A stretch of 64,000 nucleotides of DNA, taken from NCBI GenBank assembly GCA_041658665.1, contig JBAZZR010000001.1, positions 320,576 to 384,575 of the forward strand, written 5' to 3'. This stretch comes from Patescibacteria group bacterium. Its GTDB lineage: Bacteria; Patescibacteriota; Patescibacteriia; Patescibacteriales; UBA12465. A program made the translations under genes and the position numbers. The notes beneath the pieces are model-generated. The model was not told the DNA's origin, searched no databases, and worked only from the letters and a program-made list of their open reading frames with translations. This document shows positions 1 to 10,686 of the stretch, piece by piece; the stretch's first letter is position 1, and every line of letters starts with the position of its first letter.

Positions 1-610
1 TAGATATTTTAAATCGGGGGCGAAATTGCTGGATCTAGGTTCTTTATTCGGTCATTTATGTGCCGGCGCTAAAGCGATTGGCTATGAAACATCCGGTCTT
101 GACCGGCCCGAATCGGTGCAAGAGTTCGCGCCGCGCTTTGAGCAGCTGGATATTAAAAATATCGCCTGTGATTTAGAAAAAGAAGCTATTCCTTGCCCGG
201 ACCAAGAATTTGATCTTGTCTTAGCTAGTGAAATTTTAGGCCATTTAAATTTTCATCCGACTCGTTTTTTTAAAGAAATAGAGAGAGTCTTAAAACCGGG
301 AGGGCTTTTAATTCTTAGTACTCCGAATTTAATGCGTCTTAATAATGTGGTCAAGATGTTTTTCGGATTTAAAACTAATTGGGACAGTCAGGATGATTAT
401 TGGAGCGGCGCCAGTCACCGGGAGTTTACGGCCGCCGAAGTAGTTTATTTGCTTAAGAAAAGTGGTTTAAAAATAAAGCGACTAGAATATAAAAATTTCC
501 GTCATTCGAATTTAAGCCGGATTAATAAATTATTTAATAAATTAAGTGGCCCAATTTTACCTCATCGTAAAGGTAGTTTAGTGATTGTGGCCAAGAAACC
601 GCAAAACTAG
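1..610 (+). CDS. Class I SAM-dependent methyltransferase (5' end outside window)
   Basis: The frame stays open from nt 2 to the window edge (..KSGAKLLDLGS resembles motif I). DLVLASEILGHL and VLKPGGLLILSTPN are typical of the methyltransferase type-11 fold. The ORF-track TTG start at 26 is probably internal. Confidence 0.7.
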   Translation, partial: RYFKSGAKLLDLGSLFGHLCAGAKAIGYETSGLDRPESVQEFAPRFEQLDIKNIACDLEKEAIPCPDQEFDLVLASEILGHLNFHPTRFFKEIERVLKPGGLLILSTPNLMRLNNVVKMFFGFKTNWDSQDDYWSGASHREFTAAEVVYLLKKSGLKIKRLEYKNFRHSNLSRINKLFNKLSGPILPHRKGSLVIVAKKPQN

Positions 611-636
611 TAAAATTATTTTTTATTTTAAAAAAT

Positions 637-3633
637 ATGGGAGATCAACAAAAAAGGATGAACGGACCGGCGGCGTCAGCCGCAACCTCTTTTCCTCAAA
701 TGGAAGACGAAGTAATAAATTTTTGGTTTAAGTCCGATACTTTTAAGTCGAGCTTGGAGAAAGAGGCGCCGCGGGGTGAATATGTCTTTTACGATGGCCC
801 GCCCTTTGCCACGGGCACGCCGCATTACGGCCATATTGTGGCCAGTCTAATGAAAGATATTATTCCGCGTTACCAAACTATGCGCGGCTATCATGTTGAT
901 CGTAAATGGGGCTGGGATTGCCACGGTTTGCCAATTGAAAATATTGTAGAAAAAGAATTGGGGACGAAAACTAAACAGGATATTGAAGATATTGGGGTAG
1001 AGAAATTTAATGATCTTTGCCGTTCTAAAGTTTTAACTTATGTTGATGAATGGAAGAAAGTAATCAATCGCCTGGGTCGTTGGGCCGATATGGAGAATTC
1101 TTATAAGACCATGGATTTATCTTTTATGGATTCTATTTGGTGGGCTTTTAAACAGCTTTGGGATAAGGGGCTAATCTATAAAGACTATCGCTCCATGCAT
1201 ATTTGTCCGCGTTGTGAGACGACTTTATCACAGTCGGAGGTTAGTGAGGGCTATCGCGATATTAAGGATTTGTCGGTGACGGCGAAATTTCATCTGAAAC
1301 CGGGTCAGAAATGGGGACAGGGGAAATATGAAACGAAAGACTCTGCCTATATTTTGGCTTGGACGACTACCCCTTGGACTCTTATTGGTAATGTGGCTTT
1401 AGCGGTCGGATCGGAAATAGTATACTCAGCACTCCGGGTGAAAGATGGGTCAGAATTATTTATAGTGGCGCGTGACCGCGCTAAAGACGTGTTTAAAGAT
1501 AAAGAAATAGAAATTGTCCATGATAATATGTCGGGCAGCGATTTGGTCGGTTTGGAATATGATCCCCTCTTCAATTATTATGTTAACGATGAATCATTAG
1601 TCAATCGTGATAACGGCTGGGAAATTTATGCCGCCGATTTTGTAACGACGACTGATGGCACGGGTGTCGTTCATATCGCTCCGGCTTTCGGTGAGGATGA
1701 TATGAATCTGGGTAAAGCAAATTCGCTGCCCTTCGTTCAGCATGTCAGGATGGATGGAGTTTTTAAGCCTGAAGTCAAAGATTTTCCCGGGTTACATGTT
1801 AAGCCCAGCGGTGACCACACTTCGACTGATGTGGAAATAATAAAATATTTAGCCGCGCAGGGTTTATTATTCTCAAAAGAAAAATATACTCATAGCTATC
1901 CGCATTGTTGGCGCTGTGATACGCCGCTTATTAATTATGCCACTTCTTCTTGGTTTATCGCTGTGACAAAAATTAAAGATCAGCTTCTAAACGATGCTCA
2001 AAAAATTAATTGGTCCCCGGATTATATTAAAGAGGGTCGTTTCGGCAATTGGCTCGAAGGCGCGCGCGATTGGTCAATTTCTCGTCAACGTTTTTGGGCG
2101 AGCGCGATACCGATTTGGGAGTGCGCTTGTGGCCAGCGCCAAGTTATCGGCAGTGTCGCGGAATTAGAAAAATTAACTGGCGCGAAAATTACCGATATTC
2201 ATAAAGATAAAGTTGATAAACTAACTTTTCAGTGTTCTAAATGTGCGGGGGAAATGAAACGGATTCCCGATGTTTTAGATTGTTGGTTTGAGTCCGGTTC
2301 AATGCCTTTTGCCCAGCTTCATTATCCGGCGGAAAATAAGAAAAAATTTGATGATAATTTTCCGGCGCAATTTATTGCCGAGGGTGTCGACCAGACGCGC
2401 GCTTGGTTTTATTATCTTCATGTCATTGCCGGCGGAATTTTCAAGAAAAATGCTTATCAGAATGTTATCGTTAACGGTATCGTGCTCGCCGAGGACGGCA
2501 AAAAGATGTCTAAGCGTTTAAATAATTATCCTGATCCGATGTTGATTATGGAAAAATATGGGTCCGACGCTTTGCGCGCCTATTTGGCCGCTTCGCCGGT
2601 CATGCAGGCGGAGAATTTTAATTTTTCGGAAAAAGGCGTTCAGGAATCATTGCGCAAGAATATTATGACTCTCTGGAACGTTTATAAGTTTTACGAGATG
2701 TTCGCGGCTGATTTAGGGGATGATATTAATGAAACAAAAAAAGAATCAGTGAGCGCTAATGTTTTAGACTCTTGGATTTTGGCAAAATTAATTAAGTTGA
2801 CTAGCGAAGTGAATTTAGCCTTGGAGAGTTATGATTTGCCCAGAGCTATGCGTCCGCTTACTAAATTTATTGATGAGCTTTCAACCTGGTATCTGCGCCG
2901 CAGTCGTGATCGTTTTAAGTCCGATGATGAAGCTGACAAGCAGCGAGCCTTATTGACGACTAGATATGTCTTGATTGAACTAGCGAAATTAATGGCCCCT
3001 TTCATGCCGTTTATGGCGGAAACTTTATGGCAGAAAATTAGTGGCTGTGATTTTAAGGACAAGAATAGATCGGTTCATCTGGAAAATTGGCCAGCTATCA
3101 GTGGCCTGACTACAGAGCAGGATAAATCTTTAGATGCTATGGAGACAGTTCGTCATATCGCTGAGCTTGGTCTCGCTAAACGCGATGCAGCCGGTATTAA
3201 GATTAGACAGATGTTGAGCGCGCTCACGGTCAAAACTAAATTAGAATTGACGCCGGAATATGTTTCTCTAATCGTCGATGAACTTAATATCCAGTCGCTT
3301 AAATTTGTGTCGGCCGAAGATGATAATATTTCCGTTGAACTTAATACGGAGATCACTCCAGAATTGAGGCGGGAAGGATGGAAACGGGAATTAATTCGTC
3401 TTATTAATGGTTTGCGTAAGGAGGCTAATTTGACTTTGACTGATACGGTAAGCATTTCTATTTATGGCGCGAGCGCAGAAATCAAAGCGGTTATTACGGA
3501 AAAAAAAGAAGCGCTGCAGAAAGATACTTTGAGTCGGGAAATAAAATTAGTCGATGTTCCGCTTACTAGCGTTATTCAGAAAGAAGTAAAGATCGATGAG
3601 GCTAAGTTTATTCTAGGTTTAGAAAAAGTATAA
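637..3633 (+). CDS. ileS: Isoleucyl-tRNA synthetase, type 2 (eukaryote-like)
   Basis: Class I HIGH-type motif PHYGH and a KMSKR motif. The N-terminus FYDGPPFATGTPHYGH plus WDCHGLPIE is characteristic of IleRS. Length 998 aa. Confidence 0.9.
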   Translation: MGDQQKRMNGPAASAATSFPQMEDEVINFWFKSDTFKSSLEKEAPRGEYVFYDGPPFATGTPHYGHIVASLMKDIIPRYQTMRGYHVDRKWGWDCHGLPIENIVEKELGTKTKQDIEDIGVEKFNDLCRSKVLTYVDEWKKVINRLGRWADMENSYKTMDLSFMDSIWWAFKQLWDKGLIYKDYRSMHICPRCETTLSQSEVSEGYRDIKDLSVTAKFHLKPGQKWGQGKYETKDSAYILAWTTTPWTLIGNVALAVGSEIVYSALRVKDGSELFIVARDRAKDVFKDKEIEIVHDNMSGSDLVGLEYDPLFNYYVNDESLVNRDNGWEIYAADFVTTTDGTGVVHIAPAFGEDDMNLGKANSLPFVQHVRMDGVFKPEVKDFPGLHVKPSGDHTSTDVEIIKYLAAQGLLFSKEKYTHSYPHCWRCDTPLINYATSSWFIAVTKIKDQLLNDAQKINWSPDYIKEGRFGNWLEGARDWSISRQRFWASAIPIWECACGQRQVIGSVAELEKLTGAKITDIHKDKVDKLTFQCSKCAGEMKRIPDVLDCWFESGSMPFAQLHYPAENKKKFDDNFPAQFIAEGVDQTRAWFYYLHVIAGGIFKKNAYQNVIVNGIVLAEDGKKMSKRLNNYPDPMLIMEKYGSDALRAYLAASPVMQAENFNFSEKGVQESLRKNIMTLWNVYKFYEMFAADLGDDINETKKESVSANVLDSWILAKLIKLTSEVNLALESYDLPRAMRPLTKFIDELSTWYLRRSRDRFKSDDEADKQRALLTTRYVLIELAKLMAPFMPFMAETLWQKISGCDFKDKNRSVHLENWPAISGLTTEQDKSLDAMETVRHIAELGLAKRDAAGIKIRQMLSALTVKTKLELTPEYVSLIVDELNIQSLKFVSAEDDNISVELNTEITPELRREGWKRELIRLINGLRKEANLTLTDTVSISIYGASAEIKAVITEKKEALQKDTLSREIKLVDVPLTSVIQKEVKIDEAKFILGLEKV

Positions 3634-3660
3634 TTTAATTTATTTTTTAATAATAAATTT

Positions 3661-4422
3661 ATGGAATTCTTTACCCCCTTAGTCATGATAATAATATTTG
3701 TTATCCTGATTAGCTTAAAACAAATTAATCAATATGAACGGGGCGTTAAATTTACGATGGGCCGTTATCACGGTATTATGGAACCGGGTTGGCGTATCGT
3801 TTGGCCGATTTTTCAAACTTTTAAAAAAGTTGATGTGCGCGTTAAGGCGGTTGATGTCCCCGATCAGAAAGCCATTACCCGTGATAACGTTTCTGTGACC
3901 GTTAACGCGGTTATCTATTATAAAGTCGCTTTTGCCGAGAAAGCGGTCATTGAGGTCGAAAATTTTTATTACGCGATTTCCCAATATGCGCAGACAACGA
4001 TGCGCAATATCGTCGGTTCGGTCACTTTAGACGAGTTGCTTAGTAAGCGTGATGAGATCGCTGATCGGATTAAGGAAATAGTCGATCGGGAAACCGATGA
4101 ATGGGGAATTAAGGTAAATAATGTAGAGCTGAAAGATGTCTCTTTACCGGAATCGATGGAGCGGACTATTGCTAAGCAAGCTGAAGCAGAGAGAGAAAAG
4201 CGGGCGGTCATTATCAATTCTGAAGGAGAACTGGCGGCAGCGGAAAATTTAGCTAAAGCCGCCGGCATTTTAGCTCATTCTGATGGTGCTCTGCATCTGA
4301 GAACCCTACAGTCTATCAATGATATATCTAGCGATCAATCCAATACCGTGGTTTTTGTCACTCCGGTCGAGATTCTGAAGGCTTTTACGACCTTCGCTAA
4401 TAAGAGTGATAAGAAAGAATAA
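3661..4422 (+). CDS. SPFH/band-7 (stomatin/prohibitin-like) membrane protein
   Basis: N-terminal TM helix followed by the YERGVKFTMGRY...DVRV..VDVPDQKAITRDNV pattern and an EAEREKRA coiled region, typical of the slipin/HflK-C superfamily. Confidence 0.85.
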   Translation: MEFFTPLVMIIIFVILISLKQINQYERGVKFTMGRYHGIMEPGWRIVWPIFQTFKKVDVRVKAVDVPDQKAITRDNVSVTVNAVIYYKVAFAEKAVIEVENFYYAISQYAQTTMRNIVGSVTLDELLSKRDEIADRIKEIVDRETDEWGIKVNNVELKDVSLPESMERTIAKQAEAEREKRAVIINSEGELAAAENLAKAAGILAHSDGALHLRTLQSINDISSDQSNTVVFVTPVEILKAFTTFANKSDKKE

Positions 4423-4450
4423 ATTTAATTATTATTTAAGTTTTATCCCC

Positions 4451-5401
4451 ATGACTACTAAACAAATATATGACCTCGCCATTTCGTTAGGCATTACTTA
4501 TGACTTGCGTGGCGCTGAAAAGGTCGGTAAATATTTAGCCCGCGTTAAGAAAAATTATGAGGCTAGCCCCGATAAGGCGAAAGCGGAATTTGATTCGGAA
4601 AGATTCACTAACCCCTATTCGGACTCGAAAATTTTAGTGGATAGCGGCCGAGTCGTTAAGAAGGTTTTGACGGGTATTGATATGGAGGGAGCTGAACTTT
4701 TATTAGCTAAACAGCTAGGCGTTGATTTAGTAATTGCTCATCATCCGGCCGGTTCGGCTTTGGCTGATTTATCTGATGTCATGCATTTACAAGCTCAGGT
4801 TTTAGCTAATTATGGCGTGCCGATTAATATTGCCGAATCAGTAATTAAACCCCGGATTAGCGAAGTGACTCGCGGGATTTCGCCAATCAATCATGAACAG
4901 CCAGTTGATTTAGCCAGAATTTTGGATTTAGATTTTATGTGTGTTCATACTCCGGCGGATAATATGTCCGCTAGTTTCATAATAAAATTATTGCAAGACA
5001 ATGAAGGAAAAATCGAGACAGTTGGAGAAGTCGTTGATTTACTTAAGACGGTTCCGGAATATGCCGCCGCAATTCGTCATAAATCTGGCCCCATGATTTT
5101 TGCTGGCGCCCCGGAAAATAGTTGTGGCAAAATTGTCGTCACGGAGTTTACCGGTGGCACTAATGGTTCTGAGGATATCTACGAGAAAATGGCGCAATAT
5201 GGACTGGGCACAATTATCGGCATGCATATGAGCGAGGAACATCTTAAGGAAGCTGAGAAATATCACATTAACGTTATTATCGCTGGCCATATCGCTTCCG
5301 ACTCCTTAGGTATGAATTTATTTTTAGATGAAATAGAAAAGCAGGGGATTGAAGTAATTCCGATTTCGGGATTAATCAGAGTTAAGAGATTTAAAATTTA
5401 A
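4451..5401 (+). CDS. NIF3-family dinuclear metal centre protein
   Basis: DLVIAHHPAG, CVHTPADN and IIAGHIASDSLG motifs match the NIF3/YbgI metal-ligand pattern. I prefer the ATG at 4451 over the ORF-track start at 4406, which overlaps the upstream gene. Confidence 0.6.
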   Translation: MTTKQIYDLAISLGITYDLRGAEKVGKYLARVKKNYEASPDKAKAEFDSERFTNPYSDSKILVDSGRVVKKVLTGIDMEGAELLLAKQLGVDLVIAHHPAGSALADLSDVMHLQAQVLANYGVPINIAESVIKPRISEVTRGISPINHEQPVDLARILDLDFMCVHTPADNMSASFIIKLLQDNEGKIETVGEVVDLLKTVPEYAAAIRHKSGPMIFAGAPENSCGKIVVTEFTGGTNGSEDIYEKMAQYGLGTIIGMHMSEEHLKEAEKYHINVIIAGHIASDSLGMNLFLDEIEKQGIEVIPISGLIRVKRFKI

Positions 5402-5431
5402 GTAAAGTAATACTCGGCGATGCTATAAATT

Positions 5432-6718
5432 ATGACTAAATTAGAATTACTCGCACCGGCGGGAAATGAATTAAAAATGAAAACGGCTTTCGCCTTCGGA
5501 GCGGAGGCGGTCTATTTAGGCATCCCGGATTTTTCGCTGCGCGTGCGTATCAATGATTTTGATTTGGCGGGAATAAAAGCCGCGGTAAAATACGCGCACG
5601 AGCAAAAAAAGAAAGTTTATGTCACCGTTAATATTTTTGCCCATAATCAACATTTTAAAAAATTACCAGCTTACTTGAAAAAATTAAAAATGATGGCGGT
5701 TGATGCCTTGATTGTTTCTGACCCCGGAATAATTTCCGTAGTTAAAAAAGTTTGGCCACAGGCAGAAATCCATCTGTCAACTCAGGCTAATTGTACTAAC
5801 TCCGAGGCCGTAAAATTCTGGGCGCGTCAGGGTCTGCGGCGGATTATTTTAGGGCGGGAAGTAACTCTGCGAGAAATAAAAGAAATCCACCAAGCGGCCC
5901 CTCGGGTAGAATTAGAATATTTTGTTCACGGGGCGATGTGTATGGCTTACTCCGGCCGTTGTTTTCTGTCAAAATTATTAGTCGATCGCAGCGCTAATCT
6001 GGGCGATTGCGCTCAGCCTTGTCGTTGGGAGTATGATGTTAGCGAACATCGGCTGAAAACCGGCGGGCATCCGGAGGAATTAGAGCTAGTAGAAGAGAGA
6101 CACGGAACTTATTTATTGAATTCTAAGGATCTTTGCCTAGTAAAATATTTAAAGGAATTAGCCGACGCTGGCGTTACTAGTTTTAAAATAGAGGGACGGG
6201 CAAAAAGTGTTTATTATCAGGCGACCGTAGTAGGAATTTATCGTCAGGCTTTGAATTTACTAACGCAAAAAGTAACCGGCCAAAAATTAAAAAAAGAATT
6301 AGCCTATTTATTTTCGGAATTAGAAACCAAGCTAATTCATCGCGGTTATACGACGGGATTTTTACTGGCCGATAAAGCGGATCAGAATATTATCGATTCT
6401 CATAATAAGAGCGCTTGGGAATTCTGTGGGCAAGTGATTAGTTATTCGGCCGCCGCGATTAAGAATCTAGGTTTAAAAAATCCTTTAGTTTTTCAAGTCC
6501 ATAATACGATTAGAGCAGGCGAAAAATTAGAGCTTATCCGACCTAATTATGATATAATTAAAATATGTCCGACCAAACTTTGGGATTTTAAAACTGGCGC
6601 AGAGATTAGGGAAGCGCATGGTGGTGGCGGTGGACAAGTAGTAGTTCTAGAATTACCTAGCGTAGTTGGGTTAGTACCGGAATTTTCAGTTTTAAGACGC
6701 CAGACAAAAATAATATGA
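5432..6718 (+). CDS. Peptidase U32 family protein
   Basis: N-terminus ELLAPAGN..AFAFGAEAVYLG, then the cysteine-rich segment GAMCMAYSGRCFLS..CAQPCRW and FKIEGRAKS, all typical of U32 collagenase-like proteins. Confidence 0.85.
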   Translation: MTKLELLAPAGNELKMKTAFAFGAEAVYLGIPDFSLRVRINDFDLAGIKAAVKYAHEQKKKVYVTVNIFAHNQHFKKLPAYLKKLKMMAVDALIVSDPGIISVVKKVWPQAEIHLSTQANCTNSEAVKFWARQGLRRIILGREVTLREIKEIHQAAPRVELEYFVHGAMCMAYSGRCFLSKLLVDRSANLGDCAQPCRWEYDVSEHRLKTGGHPEELELVEERHGTYLLNSKDLCLVKYLKELADAGVTSFKIEGRAKSVYYQATVVGIYRQALNLLTQKVTGQKLKKELAYLFSELETKLIHRGYTTGFLLADKADQNIIDSHNKSAWEFCGQVISYSAAAIKNLGLKNPLVFQVHNTIRAGEKLELIRPNYDIIKICPTKLWDFKTGAEIREAHGGGGGQVVVLELPSVVGLVPEFSVLRRQTKII

Positions 6719-7293
6719 TTTCGTTTTTAAGAGGGACAGTAATTAATAAAAGTCTAAATTACGCGATAATTGAAGTCGCTGGTTTAGGTTATCAGGTCTA
6801 CGGCACGGAGAATTTTTTGGCCGAAATAAAAATAAATTCTCCGGTAGAAACCTATACTCATCACCAGCTTCGTGAGGACGCCAGCGATTTGTACGGTTTT
6901 AAGACTTTAGCGGATTTAGAATTATTTGAATTATTGTTAACGGTTTCTGGCGTCGGGCCGAAGTCCGCTCTCGGCGTTTTAGCGATTGCCACAACGGATG
7001 ATATTAAAGAGGCGATTATTAGAGGCGACGCTAATCTTTTAACGAAAGTTTCCGGAATCGGCCAAAAGACGGCGGAACGCTTAGTCCTTGAATTAAAAAA
7101 TAAGGTTATTCGGTCGACTGGAGCGGCGACGCTTATTAATTCCACTTTAGTCGGCAATGATGAATTAGACGCTCTAATGTCCTTAGGCTATTCGCTAGCG
7201 GAAGCGAGAACGGCTCTTAATTTAGTCGAGGCGTCTCTTACTAATAGCGCCGATAGAGTCCGGGAGGCGCTTAAAAAAATGGTTAAAAAATAG
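6715..7293 (+). CDS. ruvA: Holliday junction branch migration complex subunit RuvA
   Basis: MISFLRGTV..IIEVAGLGYQV start, HhH segments LLTVSGVGPKSAL and VSGIGQKTAERL, and a C-terminal domain III. ATGA overlap with the upstream gene. Confidence 0.9.
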   Translation: MISFLRGTVINKSLNYAIIEVAGLGYQVYGTENFLAEIKINSPVETYTHHQLREDASDLYGFKTLADLELFELLLTVSGVGPKSALGVLAIATTDDIKEAIIRGDANLLTKVSGIGQKTAERLVLELKNKVIRSTGAATLINSTLVGNDELDALMSLGYSLAEARTALNLVEASLTNSADRVREALKKMVKK

Positions 7294-7328
7294 AGTTTAA
7301 AATGTGATTTTTAGAATAAAAAACAGCC

Positions 7329-7357
7329 TTTACAACCCTCATTTTTTTGGTTAAGAT
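7329..7357 (+). promoter_or_regulatory. Candidate sigma70-type promoter for proS (TTTACA-17-TAAGAT)
   Basis: Hexamers read directly from the sequence with a 17-nt spacer, about 15 nt upstream of the proS ATG. Confidence 0.35.
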
Positions 7358-7371
7358 GGGGATATAAATTT

Positions 7372-8808
7372 ATGGCTATTAATGAAAAGAAAACTATTAC
7401 TAAGCAAGCCGATGATTTCCCACAATGGTATCAAGACGTAGTCAAGGAAGCGGAGCTGGCTGAATCTTCAGAAGTCCGTGGTTGCGGAATTGTGCGCCCC
7501 TATGGTTTAAAGATTTGGGAACTGATTAAAGCAGAATTGAGTCGGCGTCTCGAAGAAGATGGCGTAGAAAATGTTTATTTTCCGATTTTTGTCCCGTTAG
7601 AAAATTTTGAAGCGGAGAAAGAACATGTAGAAGGATTTTCTCCGGAGCTAGCGATAGTGACTCACGCCGGCGGGGAGGAGTTGACTAATAAATTAGCGAT
7701 TCGACCGACGAGCGAAGCAGCGATGTATAAGACTTATGCTCGTTGGATTCAGAGTTATAAAGATTTGCCCTTGCGTTTGAATCAATGGGCTAATGTTGTT
7801 CGTTGGGAAAAAAGACCCCGGGCTTTTTTGCGTTGGAGTGAATTTTTATGGCAAGAAGGACATACTGTTTTTGCGACCGAAGGAGAAGCTAGGGACGAAG
7901 AAATAAAAATGTTAAATATTTATAAAGATATTTACGAATTTATGGCCATCCCTTCTTTTACTGGGCAGAAATCGGAAAGCGAGAAATTCGCCGGTGCCGT
8001 GACGACGATGACCGCCGAAGTTATGGCCAGAGATGGTAAGGCGATCCAAGGTGCGACTAGCCATTATTTAGGTACTAATTTTGCTAAGGCTTTTGGGGTT
8101 AATTATTTAGGGGCCGACGGTGAATCGCATCTGGCTCATCAAAATAGTTGGGGGTTAGCTTGGCGTGCGGTGGGCGCGGTGATTATGGTACACGGCGACG
8201 ATAGCGGTCTGCGTTTACCGCCGAATGTAGCCCCTATTCAAATAGTGGCCGTTCCGATTTATCGTGATGAAGCCGGTCGTCAACAAGTTTTGGAATTTTG
8301 TCAGAAATTAAAAAATGATTTTAGCGGCCGATATCGTTTTAAGACAGACGAGCGTGACGGACAGACTCCTGGTTTTAAATTTAATTATTGGGAAGTGCGC
8401 GGCGTTCCAGTTCGGCTAGAAATTGGCGCTAAGGAAGTGGCGGATAGTAAAGTGACTGTTTTTCGGCGCGATACGAGCGTCAAAGAAACCGTCGCTTTAG
8501 CTGATTTAGTTAAATATTTGGAAAAACTAATGATTGATATCCATAATAATCTTTTTCAGCAAGCGACGGATTTTGCTCAGAGCCATATTTATCGCATAGA
8601 AAGCTGGGAGGAAATTGATGATCGTCCGGGATGGTTTGAGGCTAGCTGGAGCGAAGATCCGGCTACTGAAAAGCAATTAAAAGAAAAGTTTTCTATGGTC
8701 TCGCGGGTCTTGCCGCCGGAATCTGCCGCCCGCGCCCCAAAAAATAAAAAATGTTTTATTAGTGGTCAGCCGGCTAAACACGACTGGTTATTTGCTAAAA
8801 GTTATTAG
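7372..8808 (+). CDS. proS: Prolyl-tRNA synthetase, archaeal/eukaryote-like type
   Basis: FPQWYQDVV..AEL...VRGCGIVRPYG N-terminus, class II motifs (RPTSE, FLWQEGHT) and the C-terminal ...SY ending typical of type-3 ProRS. Confidence 0.9.
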   Translation: MAINEKKTITKQADDFPQWYQDVVKEAELAESSEVRGCGIVRPYGLKIWELIKAELSRRLEEDGVENVYFPIFVPLENFEAEKEHVEGFSPELAIVTHAGGEELTNKLAIRPTSEAAMYKTYARWIQSYKDLPLRLNQWANVVRWEKRPRAFLRWSEFLWQEGHTVFATEGEARDEEIKMLNIYKDIYEFMAIPSFTGQKSESEKFAGAVTTMTAEVMARDGKAIQGATSHYLGTNFAKAFGVNYLGADGESHLAHQNSWGLAWRAVGAVIMVHGDDSGLRLPPNVAPIQIVAVPIYRDEAGRQQVLEFCQKLKNDFSGRYRFKTDERDGQTPGFKFNYWEVRGVPVRLEIGAKEVADSKVTVFRRDTSVKETVALADLVKYLEKLMIDIHNNLFQQATDFAQSHIYRIESWEEIDDRPGWFEASWSEDPATEKQLKEKFSMVSRVLPPESAARAPKNKKCFISGQPAKHDWLFAKSY

Positions 8809-8832
8809 TTTTTATTCTGTTTAAATTTAAAT

Positions 8833-9873
8833 ATGTTCAATAATTTTTTAGGAAAATTTAGTCACGATCTCGGCATTGACTTAGGAACTAAGAATACTTT
8901 AGTTTATGTGGCCGATAAAGGAGTGGTGATAAATGAACCGAGCGTCGTCGCGATTAATAAACGGACTAATGAAATTTTGGAGGTCGGTGAAGCCGCTAAA
9001 AAAATGGTCGGTAAAACTCCGGGACATATTGACGCGATTAAACCTCTCGTCGAAGGAATTATTTCGGATTTTGAAGTGACGGAAAAGATGTTGAAATATT
9101 TTATTAATAAGGTTCATAGTGAAAATTTTGCTCTTATTCCGCGTCCCCGAGTAGCGATTGGTATCCCGCTTGATTTAACAGAAGTAGAGAAAAAAGCGGT
9201 CGAGGATGCGGCCAAGTCGGCGGGAGCCCGTAAAGTATATTTAATTGAGGAAGCGATGGCGGCCGCGATTGGCGCTCATTTGCCGGTTATTTCCGCGACC
9301 GCGACGATGATTGTTGATATTGGCGGCGGCACGACGGAAATAGCGGTTATTTCTTTAGGTGGAGTGGTTACCTGGAAATCATTGAAAGCGGCGGGTAATG
9401 AATTTGACAATAATATTATTGAATATATTCGAGAAGAATTTAATATTTTAATCGGCGAGCAGTTAGCGGAAAATATTAAAATTAAAATTGGTTCGGCCGT
9501 GCCTTTAGATTCGCCGGAAGAGATTGAAGTCCGAGGGCGCGATCTTTTGACCGGTCTACCAAAAGCTTTAATGGTGAGCGATAAGCAGATTAGGGAAGCG
9601 ATTAGCCGAACTGTTTTTAAAATTATTGAAAATATTAAAATTATTCTCGAGACAACACCGCCGGAATTAGTTTCCGATATATACGAACGGGGTTTATATT
9701 TATCAGGGGGCGGGGCTTTACTGCGCGGCTTAGATAAAGCCGTTTCGTCAGCGACTAAGATTCCGGTTAAAATAGTCGATGATCCTCTGACCTCGGTCGT
9801 TCGGGGGGCGGGGATTCTGCTGGGTGACGAAGAACTATTAAGTAAGGTGGTTCTACCAACCAATATTGAGTAG
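8833..9873 (+). CDS. mreB: Rod shape-determining actin homologue MreB
   Basis: DLGIDLGTKNT, INEPSVVA, DIGGGTTEIAVISLGG and LSGGGALLRGLD motifs. Followed directly by mreC and mreD. Confidence 0.95.
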   Translation: MFNNFLGKFSHDLGIDLGTKNTLVYVADKGVVINEPSVVAINKRTNEILEVGEAAKKMVGKTPGHIDAIKPLVEGIISDFEVTEKMLKYFINKVHSENFALIPRPRVAIGIPLDLTEVEKKAVEDAAKSAGARKVYLIEEAMAAAIGAHLPVISATATMIVDIGGGTTEIAVISLGGVVTWKSLKAAGNEFDNNIIEYIREEFNILIGEQLAENIKIKIGSAVPLDSPEEIEVRGRDLLTGLPKALMVSDKQIREAISRTVFKIIENIKIILETTPPELVSDIYERGLYLSGGGALLRGLDKAVSSATKIPVKIVDDPLTSVVRGAGILLGDEELLSKVVLPTNIE

Positions 9874-9877
9874 TCTT

Positions 9878-10681
9878 ATGAAAATTAAAAAGAACGATCC
9901 AGTCTTAATCTTTACCATCGTAATTATTCTTCTGTTCTTTTCGCATTTTTTAGGAATTCTTAAACCAGTCGAAGACTCTTTACTTTGGTTGGCTAAACCG
10001 TTTAGTAGTCGCTTATACAACTGGGGAGCGACTTTTAATAATTCCTATAATACTAATAAGAAAAATAGTGATTTACAATCTAGGGTGGAAGCTTTAACTA
10101 AGGAAGTGGCGCTCTTGACCGTGGCCGGTTCCCAGTGTCGGGAAATGAGTGAAGAGAATAAAAAACTCAGAGACATTTTAAAATTTTCGGCTGTTAGTGG
10201 TTTTCATAATATTGCGGCTAAAATTATGGCCAAGGAAACTATGACTGATGGCGGAAATCTAATTATTGATCGCGGCCGTTTTGATGGTTTGCGCAGCGGC
10301 TTAGCCGTCGTTAGTGAAGAAGGAATTATGGTCGGCAAGATAGTCGAAGTCAAAGATTCTAGCGCTCTTATTTGTTTAACAATTAGTCCTAATTGTCAAT
10401 TGGCGGCCATGGTGCAAAATCAAAATCAAAATAATACTCAGGGAATCACTGACGGTGATCTGGGGCTAACTATTAAGATGAGTTATATCCCTCAATTAGA
10501 GAAGATTGCGCCAGGCGATGTCATTACCACTTCCGGTTTAGGAGATGATATTCCGCGGGGTCTAGTGATTGGACGGATAACTCAGGTTCGTAACGGCAGC
10601 AATGAGGTTTGGCAGGAAGCGACTATTGAGCCGCCCCTTAATTTCGATGGTCTAACGGTTGTGTCGGTCATTATTCCTTAA
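9878..10681 (+). CDS. mreC: Rod shape-determining protein MreC
   Basis: N-terminal TM helix, a coiled-coil (LQSRVEALTKEVALL) and a C-terminal beta-rich domain with VITSGLGDDIPRGLVIG. Sits after mreB. ATG at 9878 preferred to TTG at 9866. Confidence 0.8.
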   Translation: MKIKKNDPVLIFTIVIILLFFSHFLGILKPVEDSLLWLAKPFSSRLYNWGATFNNSYNTNKKNSDLQSRVEALTKEVALLTVAGSQCREMSEENKKLRDILKFSAVSGFHNIAAKIMAKETMTDGGNLIIDRGRFDGLRSGLAVVSEEGIMVGKIVEVKDSSALICLTISPNCQLAAMVQNQNQNNTQGITDGDLGLTIKMSYIPQLEKIAPGDVITTSGLGDDIPRGLVIGRITQVRNGSNEVWQEATIEPPLNFDGLTVVSVIIP

Positions 10682-10686
10682 TTTTT

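Noticed and set aside
9276-9863. A 195-aa ORF antisense to mreB. There are similar antisense or out-of-frame ORFs elsewhere: 1347-1574, 3153-3455, 3715-4268, 6861-7157, 32499-32816, 37756-38043, 43795-44052, 52405-52719, 53755-54012, 60555-60827 and others.
   Set aside because: Each lies entirely inside a well-supported conserved gene on the other strand or in another frame. Their translations are low-complexity (S/P/R/I-rich), they have no Shine-Dalgarno or promoter context, and such shadow ORFs are expected by chance opposite real genes.
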